A stretch of DNA of 62,623 bases, filler included, from Candidatus Aminicenantales bacterium (GTDB lineage Bacteria; Acidobacteriota; Aminicenantia; Aminicenantales; UBA4085), in NCBI GenBank assembly GCA_049515535.1. It is 8 parts of 8 records of this genome, joined end to end, with 100 filler letters (N's around TTAATTAATTAA, not from the genome) between each part and the next. Parts side by side here need not be neighbours in the genome. Positions count along the whole stretch, not along the records: positions 15,643 to 29,879 come from JBEKTZ010000022.1; positions 29,980 to 44,174 come from JBEKTZ010000023.1; 6 more parts are not named here. The stretch is one strand, 5' to 3'. The position numbers and the translations under genes were made by a program. The notes under the pieces are model-generated. The model saw only the letters and a program-made list of their open reading frames with translations. It ran no database searches and was not told where the DNA came from. Of this stretch, positions 24,571 through 34,054 are shown in pieces. Numbering within the stretch: position 1 is the first letter of the stretch; each line of letters begins with the position of its first letter.

Positions 24571-25050
24571 TTATCGAAGGCCTTCCACCAGCTCATGGAA
24601 GCGTTCTATGGCCAACTCCAGATTACTTTCAGCCTGTTCCGATAAGGATTCCCCGATGTCCCAGTCGTAACCGCGGATGGCGAGGGCGTAGGCCCTGGGA
24701 GCGCGGCCGAACAATTCGTGACAGAGGGCCAGCACGGCGGCCGGAGACATCCGGTGGGTCGTGAAGGCGATGGCGTCGGACGGGAATATTTCGGTCACGG
24801 TCGCCGGTTCTTCCCCCGTCGTCGTCGCGTCCGCGAAAACGACAAAGTCATGGTCTTTGATCGTGAGCGCGTCCTCGACATTGAGCTGGTAGCGAAACTC
24901 CAGATCGCAGGCGCCGGCGGGCGCCGAATTCTTGAATTCCGCGTCCGTTGACGCCTGTCCCCGCAGCCGTTCGACGAACTTGGGCCCGAGGCCGTCGTCG
25001 CCGCGGCCGGGATTACCGATGCCGAAAACCAGAATTTTCTTTTGATCCAT
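24571..25050 (-). CDS. hoxW: Hydrogenase maturation protease (HoxW-like)
   Basis: GIGNPGRGDDGLG, VVFADA, TTH. Confidence 0.88.
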   Translation of the reverse strand: MDQKKILVFGIGNPGRGDDGLGPKFVERLRGQASTDAEFKNSAPAGACDLEFRYQLNVEDALTIKDHDFVVFADATTTGEEPATVTEIFPSDAIAFTTHRMSPAAVLALCHELFGRAPRAYALAIRGYDWDIGESLSEQAESNLELAIERFHELVEGLR

Positions 25051-25116
25051 GAAGCATAAAAATTCCCGCGCCGTCTCCTCTCCGAAATAGAGAGGCGGGC
25101 AGGGATTGTCATTCCG

Positions 25117-26565
25117 TCATCGTTCTCCCTGGTCGATCAGAACGCCTTGCGCGTCGTAGAGCGCGACTTGGAGCGGCATCCGGCCCAGGGCGTGCGTCGC
25201 GCAGCTCAGGCATGGGTCATAAGCCCGGATCGCGATCTCGACGCGGTTGAGCATCCCTTCGGTGATTTCCTTTTTCTTGTCGAGCACGTTCATCGCCACC
25301 CAGTGGACGGCCCGGTTCATGGGCTCGTTGTTGTTCGTCGTGGAAACGATGAGGTTGGCCATCGTGATCTGGTCGTCGGCGTTGATCCGGTAGTGATGGA
25401 AAAGCGTTCCGCGCGGGGCTTCGAGGAGTCCCACGCCTTCATGGACTTTCCGTCCTTTCTTCACGAGATCCGTCCCTTGGAGGTCGGGGTCGAGCAGAAG
25501 GTCTTTGATGATTTCGGCCGAATGGAGCAGCTCGATGAGCCGCGCCCAGTGCGAATGGAGCGTCATGGGATTGGGCTTTCCCTTCGTGTAGGCCCGGAAG
25601 ATCTCGAATTCCTTTTGAGCGCGGGGGCTGGGGATGAAGTCGCAGGTGCTGAGGCGGGCGAGCGGCCCGACGCGGTACCAGCCGTTCTCCTTGCCCAGCG
25701 ATCGGAGATAGGGGAACTTCATGTAGCTCCATGTTCGCACGTCCTCGCCGATATGATCAAGATAATCGCGGTAATCGACGTCGTTCAAGACTTTTTTTCC
25801 TTTGGCGTCGACCGCGCGCAGGACTCCGTGGTAGAAATCGAGCGCGCCGTCTTTGCGGACGAGGCTGAGGTGGTTCGACGGGAACGGCGCGAAACCGTCC
25901 ACCAGGTCCTTGTTTTTCCGGTGGAAGTCCTTGAAAAAATCGACGGCGGCCTGTCCCCAGGCGATCATCTTGTCGGCGTTCAGCGGATCGGGCGCTTTGA
26001 GGAACGCGTCGCGCTCCTCGGCGCTCAGATTCTTGTTGATGCCGCCGGGGACGGCGCCGGTGCCGTGGATCTTCTTCCCGGCGGTGGCCAGGATGAGTTC
26101 CTGTCCGAACTTTCGCATCAGCACGCCCTGGACGGCCAGGTCCTTATGCTTGAGGACGACGCCGATGACGTTGCGGATCGCCGGGTCGGCGTCCGCGCCG
26201 AAAAGGAGGTCGGGCGATGCCAGATGGAAAAAATGGAGGGCGTGCGACTGGAAGATCTGGCCGTAGTGCATGAGACGCCGCATTTTTTCCGCGGTCGGCG
26301 TCAGGCCCTCGGGTCCCACGCCGGCGATGATGTCCATGGCCTTGGCCGCGGCCAGGTGATGGCTCACCGGGCAGATGCCGCACAACCGCTGGACGAGGAC
26401 GGGCGCTTCCCAGTAAGGGCGGCCCTGGACGAATCGTTCGAAGCCGCGAAACTCGACGATGTGGAACCGCGATTGCGTGACGTTCCCTGCGTCGTCCAGG
26501 TGGATCGTGACCTTGCCGTGGCCTTCGATCCTCGTGACCGGTTCGATGATGATCTTTCTTCCCAT
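25117..26565 (-). CDS. hoxH: Group 3d NAD-coupled [NiFe] hydrogenase large subunit
   Basis: EPVTRIEGH, RLCGICPVSH (L1), EAPRG, DPCLSCATH (L2) with C-terminal extension. Confidence 0.95.
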   Translation of the reverse strand: MGRKIIIEPVTRIEGHGKVTIHLDDAGNVTQSRFHIVEFRGFERFVQGRPYWEAPVLVQRLCGICPVSHHLAAAKAMDIIAGVGPEGLTPTAEKMRRLMHYGQIFQSHALHFFHLASPDLLFGADADPAIRNVIGVVLKHKDLAVQGVLMRKFGQELILATAGKKIHGTGAVPGGINKNLSAEERDAFLKAPDPLNADKMIAWGQAAVDFFKDFHRKNKDLVDGFAPFPSNHLSLVRKDGALDFYHGVLRAVDAKGKKVLNDVDYRDYLDHIGEDVRTWSYMKFPYLRSLGKENGWYRVGPLARLSTCDFIPSPRAQKEFEIFRAYTKGKPNPMTLHSHWARLIELLHSAEIIKDLLLDPDLQGTDLVKKGRKVHEGVGLLEAPRGTLFHHYRINADDQITMANLIVSTTNNNEPMNRAVHWVAMNVLDKKKEITEGMLNRVEIAIRAYDPCLSCATHALGRMPLQVALYDAQGVLIDQGER

Positions 26566-26576
26566 GGCGGTTTTCC

Positions 26577-27122
26577 TTAATCGAATTTGATCAGGTCGTA
26601 GCCGAGTTCAAGGGGCTTACCCTCGATGAGGGCGGTGAGCGCCTTCCATATGAGATCGGCGGACGGCGGGCACCCCGGCAGGAAATAATCGATTTTGACG
26701 ATCTCGTGAAGAGGATAGACCCTGTCCAGGATGATCGGCAAATCCTCGTCGCCCGGGATCTTCCGGTCCGCGGGATCGACCGTCAGGCTGTTGAGATAAG
26801 CCTCCTCCAGGCAGTCCTTGATGGGGATGCCGTTGCGCAGGGCGGGAAGGCCGCCCATGATGGCGCATTCGCCGAGCGAAACCAGGACCTTGCAGTTCTT
26901 CCGGAAGGCGCGCAGGTTCTCGACGTTCTCGCTGTTGCAGCAGCCGCCTTCGATCAGGCCGATGTCGCACGGCTTGGCGAACGTCTTGATGTCGTCGATC
27001 GGGGACTTGTGGAATTCCACGAGGTCGATCAGGGGAAGGATCCTCTCGTCGATGTCCAGGAAGGACATATGGCAGCCGAAGCAGCCGGCCAACGAGGCCG
27101 TGGCGATGACGGGTTTGCTCAT
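26577..27122 (-). CDS. hoxY: NAD-reducing hydrogenase small subunit
   Basis: LAGCFGCHMS, GECA, PGCPP. Confidence 0.93.
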   Translation of the reverse strand: MSKPVIATASLAGCFGCHMSFLDIDERILPLIDLVEFHKSPIDDIKTFAKPCDIGLIEGGCCNSENVENLRAFRKNCKVLVSLGECAIMGGLPALRNGIPIKDCLEEAYLNSLTVDPADRKIPGDEDLPIILDRVYPLHEIVKIDYFLPGCPPSADLIWKALTALIEGKPLELGYDLIKFD

Positions 27123-27133
27123 GGTGTCGCTCC

Positions 27134-27838
27134 TCAACTCGTTTTGTTTTCCAGATCGCTGCCGATCGGCTTTTTGTCGAATTTCCGCCGGCCGATGGGC
27201 ACGGCGAACCCGACTTCTTTTTTCAGAAGGGCGCCGACCGGGCAGATGTCCATGGCTTTTTTCGCCTCTTTGTCGGTGAGCGTCGCGGCCAGCTCATGGT
27301 CGATGCCGATCTTCTTTTTTCCGGATCGTTCCACGGAGCCGAAGACGTTCTTGCCGTCCTTGGTTTTGATCGCCTGGACGCAGCGCAAGCACTGGATGCA
27401 GCGGTTGTGCTCGAACAGGAGCCTGGGTCCGGCGGGCCCGATCTCGCGCACGGAGAACTGGAAAGGGAAACGGGGAACGAGCATCCGATAACGATAGCCG
27501 AGCGCTTGGAGCTCGCAGTTGCCGCTCTTTTCGCAGGTCGGGCACATATGGTTGCCCTCCACGAAGAGCATTTCGATCAGGGCCTTCCGCATGTCCTCGA
27601 GGTCCGCGACATCGTTCTCGACCGCCATGCCCTCGGTCACGGGCTGGGTGCAGGCGGCCATGAAGCGTCCGCCGACCCGCACCGTGCAGACACGGCAGCT
27701 TCCGACGGGCTTGAGGCCTTCGGTGCGGCACAGGGCGGGGATGTAAATGCCGTTGGCCAGGGCGGCCTCCATGATCGTTTGGCCGGACTGGCCGATGCAT
27801 CCCTTGCCGTCGATGGTGAACTTGATCGGGTTACTCAT
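27134..27838 (-). CDS. hoxU: Diaphorase Fe-S subunit
   Basis: IPALC...GSCRVC...AAC, HMCPTCEKSGNCELQ, CIQCLRC, CPVGAL. Confidence 0.93.
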   Translation of the reverse strand: MSNPIKFTIDGKGCIGQSGQTIMEAALANGIYIPALCRTEGLKPVGSCRVCTVRVGGRFMAACTQPVTEGMAVENDVADLEDMRKALIEMLFVEGNHMCPTCEKSGNCELQALGYRYRMLVPRFPFQFSVREIGPAGPRLLFEHNRCIQCLRCVQAIKTKDGKNVFGSVERSGKKKIGIDHELAATLTDKEAKKAMDICPVGALLKKEVGFAVPIGRRKFDKKPIGSDLENKTS

Positions 27839-29642
27839 GGTCTCGCTCCTCGAATTTCTGGCCAGTCAGGCTCGACGCGGCCTGAACGGCCGCTGTCAGA
27901 TCGAACTCGGAAATGAAGTCCGCGTCCCTGCGGATTTTGGTTTCATAGATATGGCGGAAGTTCTGGATCGTCGTCAGGATGGGATTGGCCGAAGTCTGGC
28001 CGAAACCGCAGCGGCTCATGGCCTTTACGATCTTCCCCCACGATTCGATGTCCGCCAGGTCCTGGTTCGTCCCATGGCCCCGCGTGATTTTCCCCAATTT
28101 CGCCTTGAGGAAGATATTGCCGGCCCGGCAGGGGACGCACCAGCCGCACGATTCTTCGATGAAGAAATCCATGAAATTATGGACGATCTCGAAAAGATCG
28201 CGCTGAGGCCCGATAACGATGATGGATCCGCCGGTGGCGAGGTCCTCGAAGCCGATCTTGCGGTCGAATTGGCTGCGGGGAATGCATCCGCCGGAGGGAC
28301 CGCCGATTTGGACGGCCTGGGCGTCTCGTCCTCCGACCATGGTCAGAAGGTTTTCGACGGGCAGGCCGAATTCGATCTCGTAGACGCCCGGCTTTTTGCA
28401 GTCCCCGGAAACGCTCAGGAGTTTCGTGCCGGCCGATTTCGGCGTTCCCATGGTCTTGAACCAGCCGGCGCCCCGCTCGATGATGCGGGCGGCCGCGCAG
28501 AGCGTTTCGACGTTGTTCACGGCCGTGGGAAAACCGCGGTATCCGATCTGGACGGGGAACGGGGGCCGGTCCCGCGGCTCCCCGCGTTTCGCTTCGGCCG
28601 ATTCGAGAAGTGCCGATTCTTCGCCGCAGATGTAAGCGCCGGCGCCCATCTTGACGGCGATATCGAAGGCGAAGCCTTTTTTGCCCGCGATATTCCTGCC
28701 CAGGATTTTTTTCCGGCAGAGCGCGGCCAGGACGCTCTCAAGATGGGCTTTCAAATAGGCGTATTCGGCGCGGAGATAAAGAATGCCCTCCCGGGCGCCT
28801 ATCGCGTAGCCTGCGACGGCCATGCCTTCGAAGAGGAGATGCGGGAGCTCGGTAAGGATCACCCGGTCCTTGAATGTGCCGGGCTCGCCTTCGTCGGCGT
28901 TGCAGACGATGTAGCGGCGTTCGCCTTTTTCCCGGGCGCAGAATTCCCATTTGAGGCCGGTCGGGAATCCGGCGCCGCCGCGGCCGAGCAGGTTGGATCT
29001 CTTGATCTCGGCGATGACGTCTTCGGGCGTCCATGTCACGGCCCGTCGGATGGCCGTCCCCGAGGTGAACGGAGCGAACAGCACGGGGCCTTTTTTCCGG
29101 ATATTGTTGACGACCATCGCCCGGACGAGCTTGGACTGGTTGGCGCCGTCGCCGGTTTTCTTGACCAGTTTGCGCATATCCCGGCCGGCCTTCATGGCGG
29201 CGACGATCTCCTTGACCTTCGTTTTCGTCAATTGGGTGAAGACGACCCCGTTGATGATGGCCGACGGCTCTTGATCGTTCATTCCGATACAGGACGTTTT
29301 GTGCAGGCCGATGAGTCCATCGGCGGTGGTTTCGCCGAAGGCGCAGCCGGCTTCTTTCTCGAAGGCCGCCGCGATCTCCGCCCGGCCTTTCATCGCGGAC
29401 ACGATATTGTCGTTGAGATAAACGGCGTAAGATCCGACGGGCGCGGTGGAGAAGAAATGATAGAACGTTACCACGCCTTCGACATCGACCTTGGAGATAT
29501 CGAGAGCCGTCGCGATCTCGGCGGTGGAGGCGGCGGACACGCAGCCAAGCTCTGCCTGGACGTCCCGCACGATCTCGAGGAGGCGGGTCACGTCCTTCTT
29601 GTGCCTGGCGAGGATCGCTTCTATGATTCCTTTTTTGGGCAT
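27831..29642 (-). CDS. hoxF: Diaphorase FMN/NADH subunit (NuoE-NuoF fused type)
   Basis: GRGGAGFPTG.KW, NADEGEPG, GAYICGEE, CGWCVPCR; 603 aa. Confidence 0.93.
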   Translation of the reverse strand: MPKKGIIEAILARHKKDVTRLLEIVRDVQAELGCVSAASTAEIATALDISKVDVEGVVTFYHFFSTAPVGSYAVYLNDNIVSAMKGRAEIAAAFEKEAGCAFGETTADGLIGLHKTSCIGMNDQEPSAIINGVVFTQLTKTKVKEIVAAMKAGRDMRKLVKKTGDGANQSKLVRAMVVNNIRKKGPVLFAPFTSGTAIRRAVTWTPEDVIAEIKRSNLLGRGGAGFPTGLKWEFCAREKGERRYIVCNADEGEPGTFKDRVILTELPHLLFEGMAVAGYAIGAREGILYLRAEYAYLKAHLESVLAALCRKKILGRNIAGKKGFAFDIAVKMGAGAYICGEESALLESAEAKRGEPRDRPPFPVQIGYRGFPTAVNNVETLCAAARIIERGAGWFKTMGTPKSAGTKLLSVSGDCKKPGVYEIEFGLPVENLLTMVGGRDAQAVQIGGPSGGCIPRSQFDRKIGFEDLATGGSIIVIGPQRDLFEIVHNFMDFFIEESCGWCVPCRAGNIFLKAKLGKITRGHGTNQDLADIESWGKIVKAMSRCGFGQTSANPILTTIQNFRHIYETKIRRDADFISEFDLTAAVQAASSLTGQKFEERDHE

Positions 29643-29739
29643 CTATGAACCTCGTCCGATGAAACGTTGAAGAGAAAAATAAAAGAACTCAATTTTATAT
29701 CATAAGATCGGCCAAGAAACAAATGACGAGCGGTTGATA

Positions 29740-29879
29740 TGTCCCATAGCTTGCCACGGGGAACCGCTCGTAGAGGGATCCAAGGGGGAGCCGCCCCCTT
29801 GGTCGCAGGGCGGGGTTTCATGCCCCGCCCGAGAAAGGGAGGCAGGGCGACCGGGTCTTCCCGGTGCCCGTTGGAAGGG
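29740..29879. repeat. Structured palindromic repeat family A, copy 2 (left part)
   Basis: 29788-29879 identical to 15643-15734; CCAAGGGGG/CCCCCTTGG, GGGCGGGG/CCCCGCCC and ACCGGG/CCCGGT stems. Confidence 0.85.
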
Positions 29880-29979
29880 NNNNNNNNNNNNNNNNNNNNN
29901 NNNNNNNNNNNNNNNNNNNNNNNTTAATTAATTAANNNNNNNNNNNNNNNNNNNNNNNNNNNNNNNNNNNNNNNNNNNN

Positions 29980-30442
29980 TGATCCTCAGGGGATCCGAAA
30001 AAACCCTCACGGCGAGCGCGACGGGGGCGAAAACGATCAGAAAGAGAAGCCCGAGAAGAATCTGGCTTTGAAATGTCCCGATTTTCGAGGAGAACTCCCG
30101 AAAAGCTTTTCCTCTCTTGAATTCAGAATGTTTCTTTTCGTGGATGGGCTCGACAGCGGACTGGCGTTCGGCGTCGGAATATCCTTTGATCGCGGTGACG
30201 GCCAGTCCCAAGAGCAGGCCCGCGACCACCCAGGCGGTGAACTGGATCCATTTGCTGAACGGGACATGGCTCCGGGAATAGAGGATCCCAATCCACATCA
30301 GGATCACTAAGAGAATGTCCGGAGCGATGGGTTTTCTCACTCCGGCTTTCCCCGATTTTAGGACGACTCCGAGCGAATAGCCGACGAGCGAGAGCAGAAG
30401 CACGGCGAGCGTGGCTAGGAAATGCAAAGGATCTTCCTCCAT
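29980..30442 (-). CDS. Membrane protein with SxtJ-like C-terminal part (truncated)
   Basis: Several TM helices; FQSQILLGLLFLIVFAPVAL...DPLR resembles SxtJ-family proteins of polysaccharide loci. Confidence 0.55.
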
Positions 30443-30642
30443 TAAAAAAAATCTATCCTAGCACGCAACTCCGCTTTTATCAAGCTCCCGAATCGCGCCA
30501 TTGAAAATCTTACTGAAAGGGCCTATGTCTTGCCATTTAATAATCTTACTATCACTGGACGCCGTCGAGGGATTCTTTTTACTCCGGCCTTTTTCGGTTA
30601 GGAGGTTGGAGCTTGGATTTACGGACGCGGAACATCGGTCCA

Positions 30643-31830
30643 TCAAATCTGGGTGGGGCTGATCGTAGTCAAGACATCCAAGATCAGTGTTCTGGCTGTT
30701 CCTTTCCCGTAAGGCATCTCCGAGCTTGTCGCTGTCCCGGCCGGTTTCTTCCTGACGGCTTCAAGGATGCAGCGCCGGTTCGTCCCGGCGATGATATTTC
30801 GTCCCAGCCTCGTGGTTTCGACCCATTCCGTTTCGTTCCGCAGGGTGATGCACGGAACGCTAAAGAAATACGCTTCTTTTTGAATGCCCCCCGAATCCGT
30901 CAGGATTTTCGCGGCGCTTTTTTCCAAGATCAGAATATCGAAGTAGCTCGGAGGCGGATCGATTAAAATCATCGAGCGGGCCACCTTCGAAAAAAGGCGG
31001 CATTTTTTGAGGGCTTTCCGGGTCCGCGGATGCAGACAAAAAACGAGTGGTTTTTCTTTGGCGTGAATCTCGGCGAACGTTGTCATCAGAGACTGAAGAA
31101 TCTCGGGCTGATCCGTGTTTTCTGCCCGGTGAAGAGTTGCCAAATAGTAAGTTTTTGGCTTCAATCCCATTTTCTCCAGGATCCGGGATTTCTTCTCCGC
31201 GATGGTCCCAGCCAAGAGCAAGGCATCGACCATGATATCGCCGACATTCACGACGAGAGGAAAAGAGGCTGATTCTGTGGAGCGCCGCAGGGACAACCGG
31301 CTGATCAAGTTGCCAGAGTTCGAGACGTTGGTGAAACCTTCTTTCCGCAGATTCCGGACGGCGGTTTTCGTCGGGCAGAAGAGAAGGTCCGCACAGTGAT
31401 CCGTCAGAACGCGGTTGATCTCCTCCGGCATATCCCGCCGATAGCTTCTCAAACCGGCTTCGACATGGGCCAAAGGCCGTCCGAGTTTGACCGCGGCGAT
31501 CGCTCCGGCCAAGGTGGAATTCGTATCCCCATAAACGAGCGTCCAGGCCGGCTGTTCCCGAAGGAGAACGCCTTCGATCCGTATCAGCATCTCGCCCGTT
31601 TGACGCCCGTGCGCGGCGGAGCCGACATTGAGGTTGTACCGGGGTTCGGGGATGCCGAGCTCATCGAAAAACACTTTGTTCATTCGATAGTCGTAATGCT
31701 GGCCCGTATGGATGATGACATGCTCGATTTTTTCCGCGCCGGAAGCCCGATTATGCTCTCCAATGCCCTGAACGAGAGGAGCGAGCTTGACAAACTGGGG
31801 CCGGGCCCCGACGATGCTGGCGATTTTCAT
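30643..31830 (-). CDS. wecB: UDP-N-acetylglucosamine 2-epimerase (non-hydrolysing; WecB/WbpI-like)
   Basis: IVGARPQFVK, HTGQHYD, YGDTNST, HVEAGLRS, TDSGGIQKEA. Confidence 0.9.
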   Translation of the reverse strand: MKIASIVGARPQFVKLAPLVQGIGEHNRASGAEKIEHVIIHTGQHYDYRMNKVFFDELGIPEPRYNLNVGSAAHGRQTGEMLIRIEGVLLREQPAWTLVYGDTNSTLAGAIAAVKLGRPLAHVEAGLRSYRRDMPEEINRVLTDHCADLLFCPTKTAVRNLRKEGFTNVSNSGNLISRLSLRRSTESASFPLVVNVGDIMVDALLLAGTIAEKKSRILEKMGLKPKTYYLATLHRAENTDQPEILQSLMTTFAEIHAKEKPLVFCLHPRTRKALKKCRLFSKVARSMILIDPPPSYFDILILEKSAAKILTDSGGIQKEAYFFSVPCITLRNETEWVETTRLGRNIIAGTNRRCILEAVRKKPAGTATSSEMPYGKGTARTLILDVLTTISPTQI

Positions 31831-31845
31831 CCGGGCCTCTTGATG

Positions 31846-32979
31846 TTACCGATAAAACTCGCTGATTTGATGGATGACGTAATCTTTCTGGTCCGGCGAG
31901 AGCTCAGGATAAATGGGAATGGAGAGAACCTCCCCGGCGGCTTCTTCCACGACGGGGAAATCCCCCTTTTTCCAGCCGAGGTCCTGGAAGCATTCCTGAA
32001 GGTGGAGGGGGAGGGGATAATAAACCTCCGTCCCGATCGAGCGATTTTTCAGATGCGTCTGAAGCTTGTCCCGGTCTTTGACCCGAATGGTGTATTGATT
32101 GTAGATGTGATAATTCCGGTCGGCCCCGTCCCGGTAAACGGGGACCGGAGTCTGGACAAGCCCTTTCCGGATGAGCCCGGATTCTTTGAATTTTTGATCA
32201 TAATAATCGGCGTTTTCCCGCCGTTTCCTGGACCAGCCGTTCAGGTATTTCAATTTCACGTTCAAAACGGCCGCCTGAAGGGCGTCCAGCCGGAAGTTGC
32301 CGCCCACAATTTTATGATAATACTTCGGTTTCGATCCGTGGACTCGAAGCATCTTGACCCGGTCATAGAGGCCGGCGTCGTTCATCACGACCATGCCGCC
32401 GTCCCCGAACCCTCCCAAGTTTTTCGAAGGGAAGAAAGAAAAAATACCGAGATGCCCTATGGAACCGGCCGGCCGGCCCTTGTATCCGGCTCCGATGGAT
32501 TGGGCCGCGTCCTCGATCACGGAAAGATGGTGTTTTCCGGCGATCTCCATGATCGGGTCCATGTCCGCGCACTGGCCGAAGAGATGAATGGGAATGATCG
32601 CGCGCGTTTTTTTAGTGATCGCCCGCTCGATCTTAGCCGGATCGATGTTGAAGGTAACCGGATCGATATCGACAAAGATGGGACGAGCGTTGAGCCGGGA
32701 AACGACACCGGCCGTGGAAAAAAACGTGAACGGCGTCGTGATGACTTCGTCACCGGGATGGAGATCGAGGGCCATAAGGGACACCAGCAGGGCGTCCGTC
32801 CCCGAAGAGACGCCGACGGCGTGCTTGGTTTGAGAATACAGCGCAACGTTCTCCTCGAGTTCGTTCACCTGCGGGCCGAGAATGAAAACCTGGGATTCCA
32901 TGACATCGTCCACGGCCTTTTTGACTTCGTCCTTGATGGTCGCGTATTGCGCTTTGAGATCGAGCAAAGGGATATTCAC
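31846..32979 (-). CDS. DegT/DnrJ/EryC1/StrS sugar aminotransferase
   Basis: SSGTDAL, IEDAAQ, SFFPSKNLGGFGDGG; probable GTG start. Confidence 0.92.
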   Translation of the reverse strand: MNIPLLDLKAQYATIKDEVKKAVDDVMESQVFILGPQVNELEENVALYSQTKHAVGVSSGTDALLVSLMALDLHPGDEVITTPFTFFSTAGVVSRLNARPIFVDIDPVTFNIDPAKIERAITKKTRAIIPIHLFGQCADMDPIMEIAGKHHLSVIEDAAQSIGAGYKGRPAGSIGHLGIFSFFPSKNLGGFGDGGMVVMNDAGLYDRVKMLRVHGSKPKYYHKIVGGNFRLDALQAAVLNVKLKYLNGWSRKRRENADYYDQKFKESGLIRKGLVQTPVPVYRDGADRNYHIYNQYTIRVKDRDKLQTHLKNRSIGTEVYYPLPLHLQECFQDLGWKKGDFPVVEEAAGEVLSIPIYPELSPDQKDYVIHQISEFYR

Positions 32980-33043
32980 TCTCAAAAACTCCTTTTTATA
33001 ATGTTCTGATATCTATCTAACCAAAGGATGGGATTAATCCGTA

Positions 33044-33072
33044 ATTATACTCATTCTCGGGGCCGATGTCAA
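33044..33072 (-). promoter_or_regulatory. Consensus sigma70 promoter for degT-wecB
   Basis: Minus strand perfect TTGACA-N17-TATAAT. Confidence 0.88.
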
Positions 33073-33094
33073 TTTTCTGAACGAGTTCACTGAA

Positions 33095-33123
33095 TTGCAA
33101 AAACACAATCAATACTGTAAGAT
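33095..33123 (+). promoter_or_regulatory. sigma70-type promoter for T2SS operon
   Basis: TTGCAA-N17-TAAGAT. Confidence 0.7.
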
Positions 33124-33183
33124 ATCCCAGCCTGAAGTGAATAGACCAGAGGGCTTAAACGACAAGCGAAAGTGGGTTTTTTT

Positions 33184-33202
33184 AAGCCATCGGCGGTAGC
33201 TT
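33184..33202 (+). promoter_or_regulatory. ops/JUMPStart-like element in T2SS leader
   Basis: AAGCCAtcGGCGGTAGC versus enterobacterial JUMPStart 3' half AAGCCAggGGCGGTAGC; about 15 nt before the first ORF. Confidence 0.6.
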
Positions 33203-33215
33203 ATCTGAAGAGCCG

Positions 33216-33647
33216 ATGTCCATGTTTTTCAAGGAATCCCTTTCCGTGAAAAAAGGCTTTACCCTTATTGAAGTCCTGATCGTCATGGTCTTGATGGGCC
33301 TGAGCATCTCGATCGTCATCCCCAATATCGCCCGCGGCTATGACAAGATCAAATTCCGGGGCGAGGCTAAAAAATTTTACGAGCTGGTCCAAAAAATCAA
33401 ATTCCATGCTTTTTACTATCAGCAAAACGTGACCCTGTCCTCCCCGGACCGCCGCCTGGCGGTCCAGGGGATGGCCCTCGCCGCGGATGAAATTCCGGAC
33501 CTCCCTGTCGACATCAAAGGCGAAATTCTATTTTCCTCGAACGGCATCTCCTCGGGAGGCGAAATCTACCTTTATTATAAGGAGACACCTAAGGTTGTCA
33601 TCCGCATCGAGAGCTTTTCCGGCCGCACGAGCCGGGAATTCCTATGA
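33216..33647 (+). CDS. gspH: T2SS minor pseudopilin (GspH-like)
   Basis: KKG|FTLIEVL prepilin site; FSSNGISSGG motif. Confidence 0.75.
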   Translation: MSMFFKESLSVKKGFTLIEVLIVMVLMGLSISIVIPNIARGYDKIKFRGEAKKFYELVQKIKFHAFYYQQNVTLSSPDRRLAVQGMALAADEIPDLPVDIKGEILFSSNGISSGGEIYLYYKETPKVVIRIESFSGRTSREFL

Positions 33648-34054
33648 AGAAAGGCTTTACCCTCCTCGAAGTCCTGGTCGCCATCGTCATTATCAGTTCT
33701 ACGATCATCGCCGTCTTTCAGATCTTTTCCCTCGGTTTCGAGACCCTGTCCAAGTTGCACATGTATGAGAATATGTACCTGGCTCTGACCAATCTCCTGG
33801 AAGATATCAACGGGATCAACGATTTTGAGACCAACAAAGAAAAAAGGGGGACCGCCGGGGGATTCACCTATGAATGGCACGCCTCTCCGGCTTCCCCGGC
33901 CCAACGGATAACGATGGTTGGAGGCGAATACGGACCTTATGATATAATTCTTTACAAGATCCTGCTGAGGGTCTATTTTAGCTCGAAAAGTGGTTCGAAC
34001 AATGACCGGGAATTCACGTTTTACAAGACCGGCTGGCATCTTCCCCAGAAATAA
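33644..34054 (+). CDS. gspI: T2SS minor pseudopilin (GspI-like)
   Basis: MKKG|FTLLEVLVA; position in operon. Confidence 0.7.
   Translation: MKKGFTLLEVLVAIVIISSTIIAVFQIFSLGFETLSKLHMYENMYLALTNLLEDINGINDFETNKEKRGTAGGFTYEWHASPASPAQRITMVGGEYGPYDIILYKILLRVYFSSKSGSNNDREFTFYKTGWHLPQK

Noticed and set aside
25117..26565. Selenocysteine/[NiFeSe] hydrogenase
   Set aside because: L2 motif is DPCLSC with ordinary Cys codons and there is no in-frame TGA.
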